From NCBI RefSeq assembly GCF_009914755.1, contig NC_060942.1: a DNA stretch of 64,000 nucleotides; one strand, written 5' to 3'. The notes below the pieces were generated by a model. It made no database searches. It was given only the letters and a program-made list of their open reading frames with translations, and was not told where the DNA came from. Of this stretch, positions 63,284 to 64,000 are shown one piece after another. A program made the position numbers and the translations under genes. Source of the DNA: the human T2T-CHM13v2.0 reference genome, Homo sapiens. Positions within the stretch are counted from its first letter, which is position 1. Each line of letters starts with the position of its first letter.

Positions 63284-64000
63284 TAGTGGTCAACACCTGG
63301 TGATCAGTACTTGGTGTCCAGTGGTCATTACCTGATGCCCAGAGGTCAGCACCTACCTCGTGCTAAGAGGTGAGCACCTGGAATCCAGCAGTCATTATCT
63401 GGTACCCAGTGGTCATTACCTGGTGTCCAGTGGTCATTACTTGGTGTCCAGTCGTCATTACCTGGTGCTCAGCGCTCATTACCTGGTGTCCAGCGGTCAT
63501 TACGTGGTGCCCAGAGGTCATTACCTGGTGCCCAGAGGTCATTACCTGGTGTCCAGCAGTCATTATTTGGTGTCCAGAGGTCATTACCTGGTACCCAGTG
63601 GTCATTACCTGGTGTCCAGCAGTCATTATGTGGTGCCCAGAGGTCATTACCTGGTGTCCAGTGGTCATTACCTGATACCCGGTGGTCATTACCTGGTGCC
63701 CGGTGGTCATTACCTGGTCTCCAGTGGTCATTACTTGGTGCCCAGAGGTCATTAGCTGGTACCCAGCAGTCATTACCTGGTACCCAGCGGTCATTACCTG
63801 GTGCCCAGTGGTCATTACCTGGAGCCCAGAGGTCATTACCTGGCACCCAGCAGTCATAACCTGGCACCCAGTGGCATCCAGCGGTCATTACCTGGTGCCC
63901 AGTGGTCATTACCTGGTACCCAGTGGTCATTACTTGGAGCCTAGAGGTCATTACCTGGCACCCAGCAGTCATAAACTGGTGCCCAGTGGTACCCAGTGGT
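63284..64000. repeat. Minisatellite, 21-bp unit, more than 30 copies, runs off the window end
   Basis: cctggtg(t/c)ccag(t/a/c)ggtcatta. Confidence 0.97.

Noticed and set aside
63360-63972. HYLV / QVMT repeat ORFs
   Set aside because: Frame-preserving 21-bp VNTR, open on both strands.

Overview
Primate (human-like) non-coding genomic DNA; I found no supportable protein-coding gene, RNA gene or CRISPR array. A large share is interspersed repeat: Alu (Sp, Sx, J, monomers), old L1M, L2, MIR, MaLR LTRs (THE1, MST, MLT1), MLT2, ERV1-class LTRs (MER4A1, MER21, MER34/39-like) and hAT MITEs (MER5, MER20, MER63). Tandem repeats are unusually dense: about 11 minisatellites (18-57 bp units), six 2-3 copy duplications (38-106 bp) and two long degenerate TG/CA blocks, the pattern typical of a distal, high-recombination chromosome end. 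Several repeat-free, AT-rich blocks dense in homeodomain/MEIS/RFX motifs (about 9.8-10.4, 21.9-22.3, 29.9-31.2, 38.0-38.4 and 60.4-60.9 kb) look like conserved enhancers of a developmental gene outside the window. The long ORFs come from tandem repeats, Alu or GC-rich sequence. I cannot place the locus without BLAT. Repeat family names come from remembered consensus sequences, not a RepeatMasker run, and boundaries of old elements are approximate. I see no clearly novel biological system; the best leads are VNTRs that multiply transcription-factor motifs, the candidate enhancers, a nested LTR stack with a collapsed provirus, and GC-shifted transposon decay.
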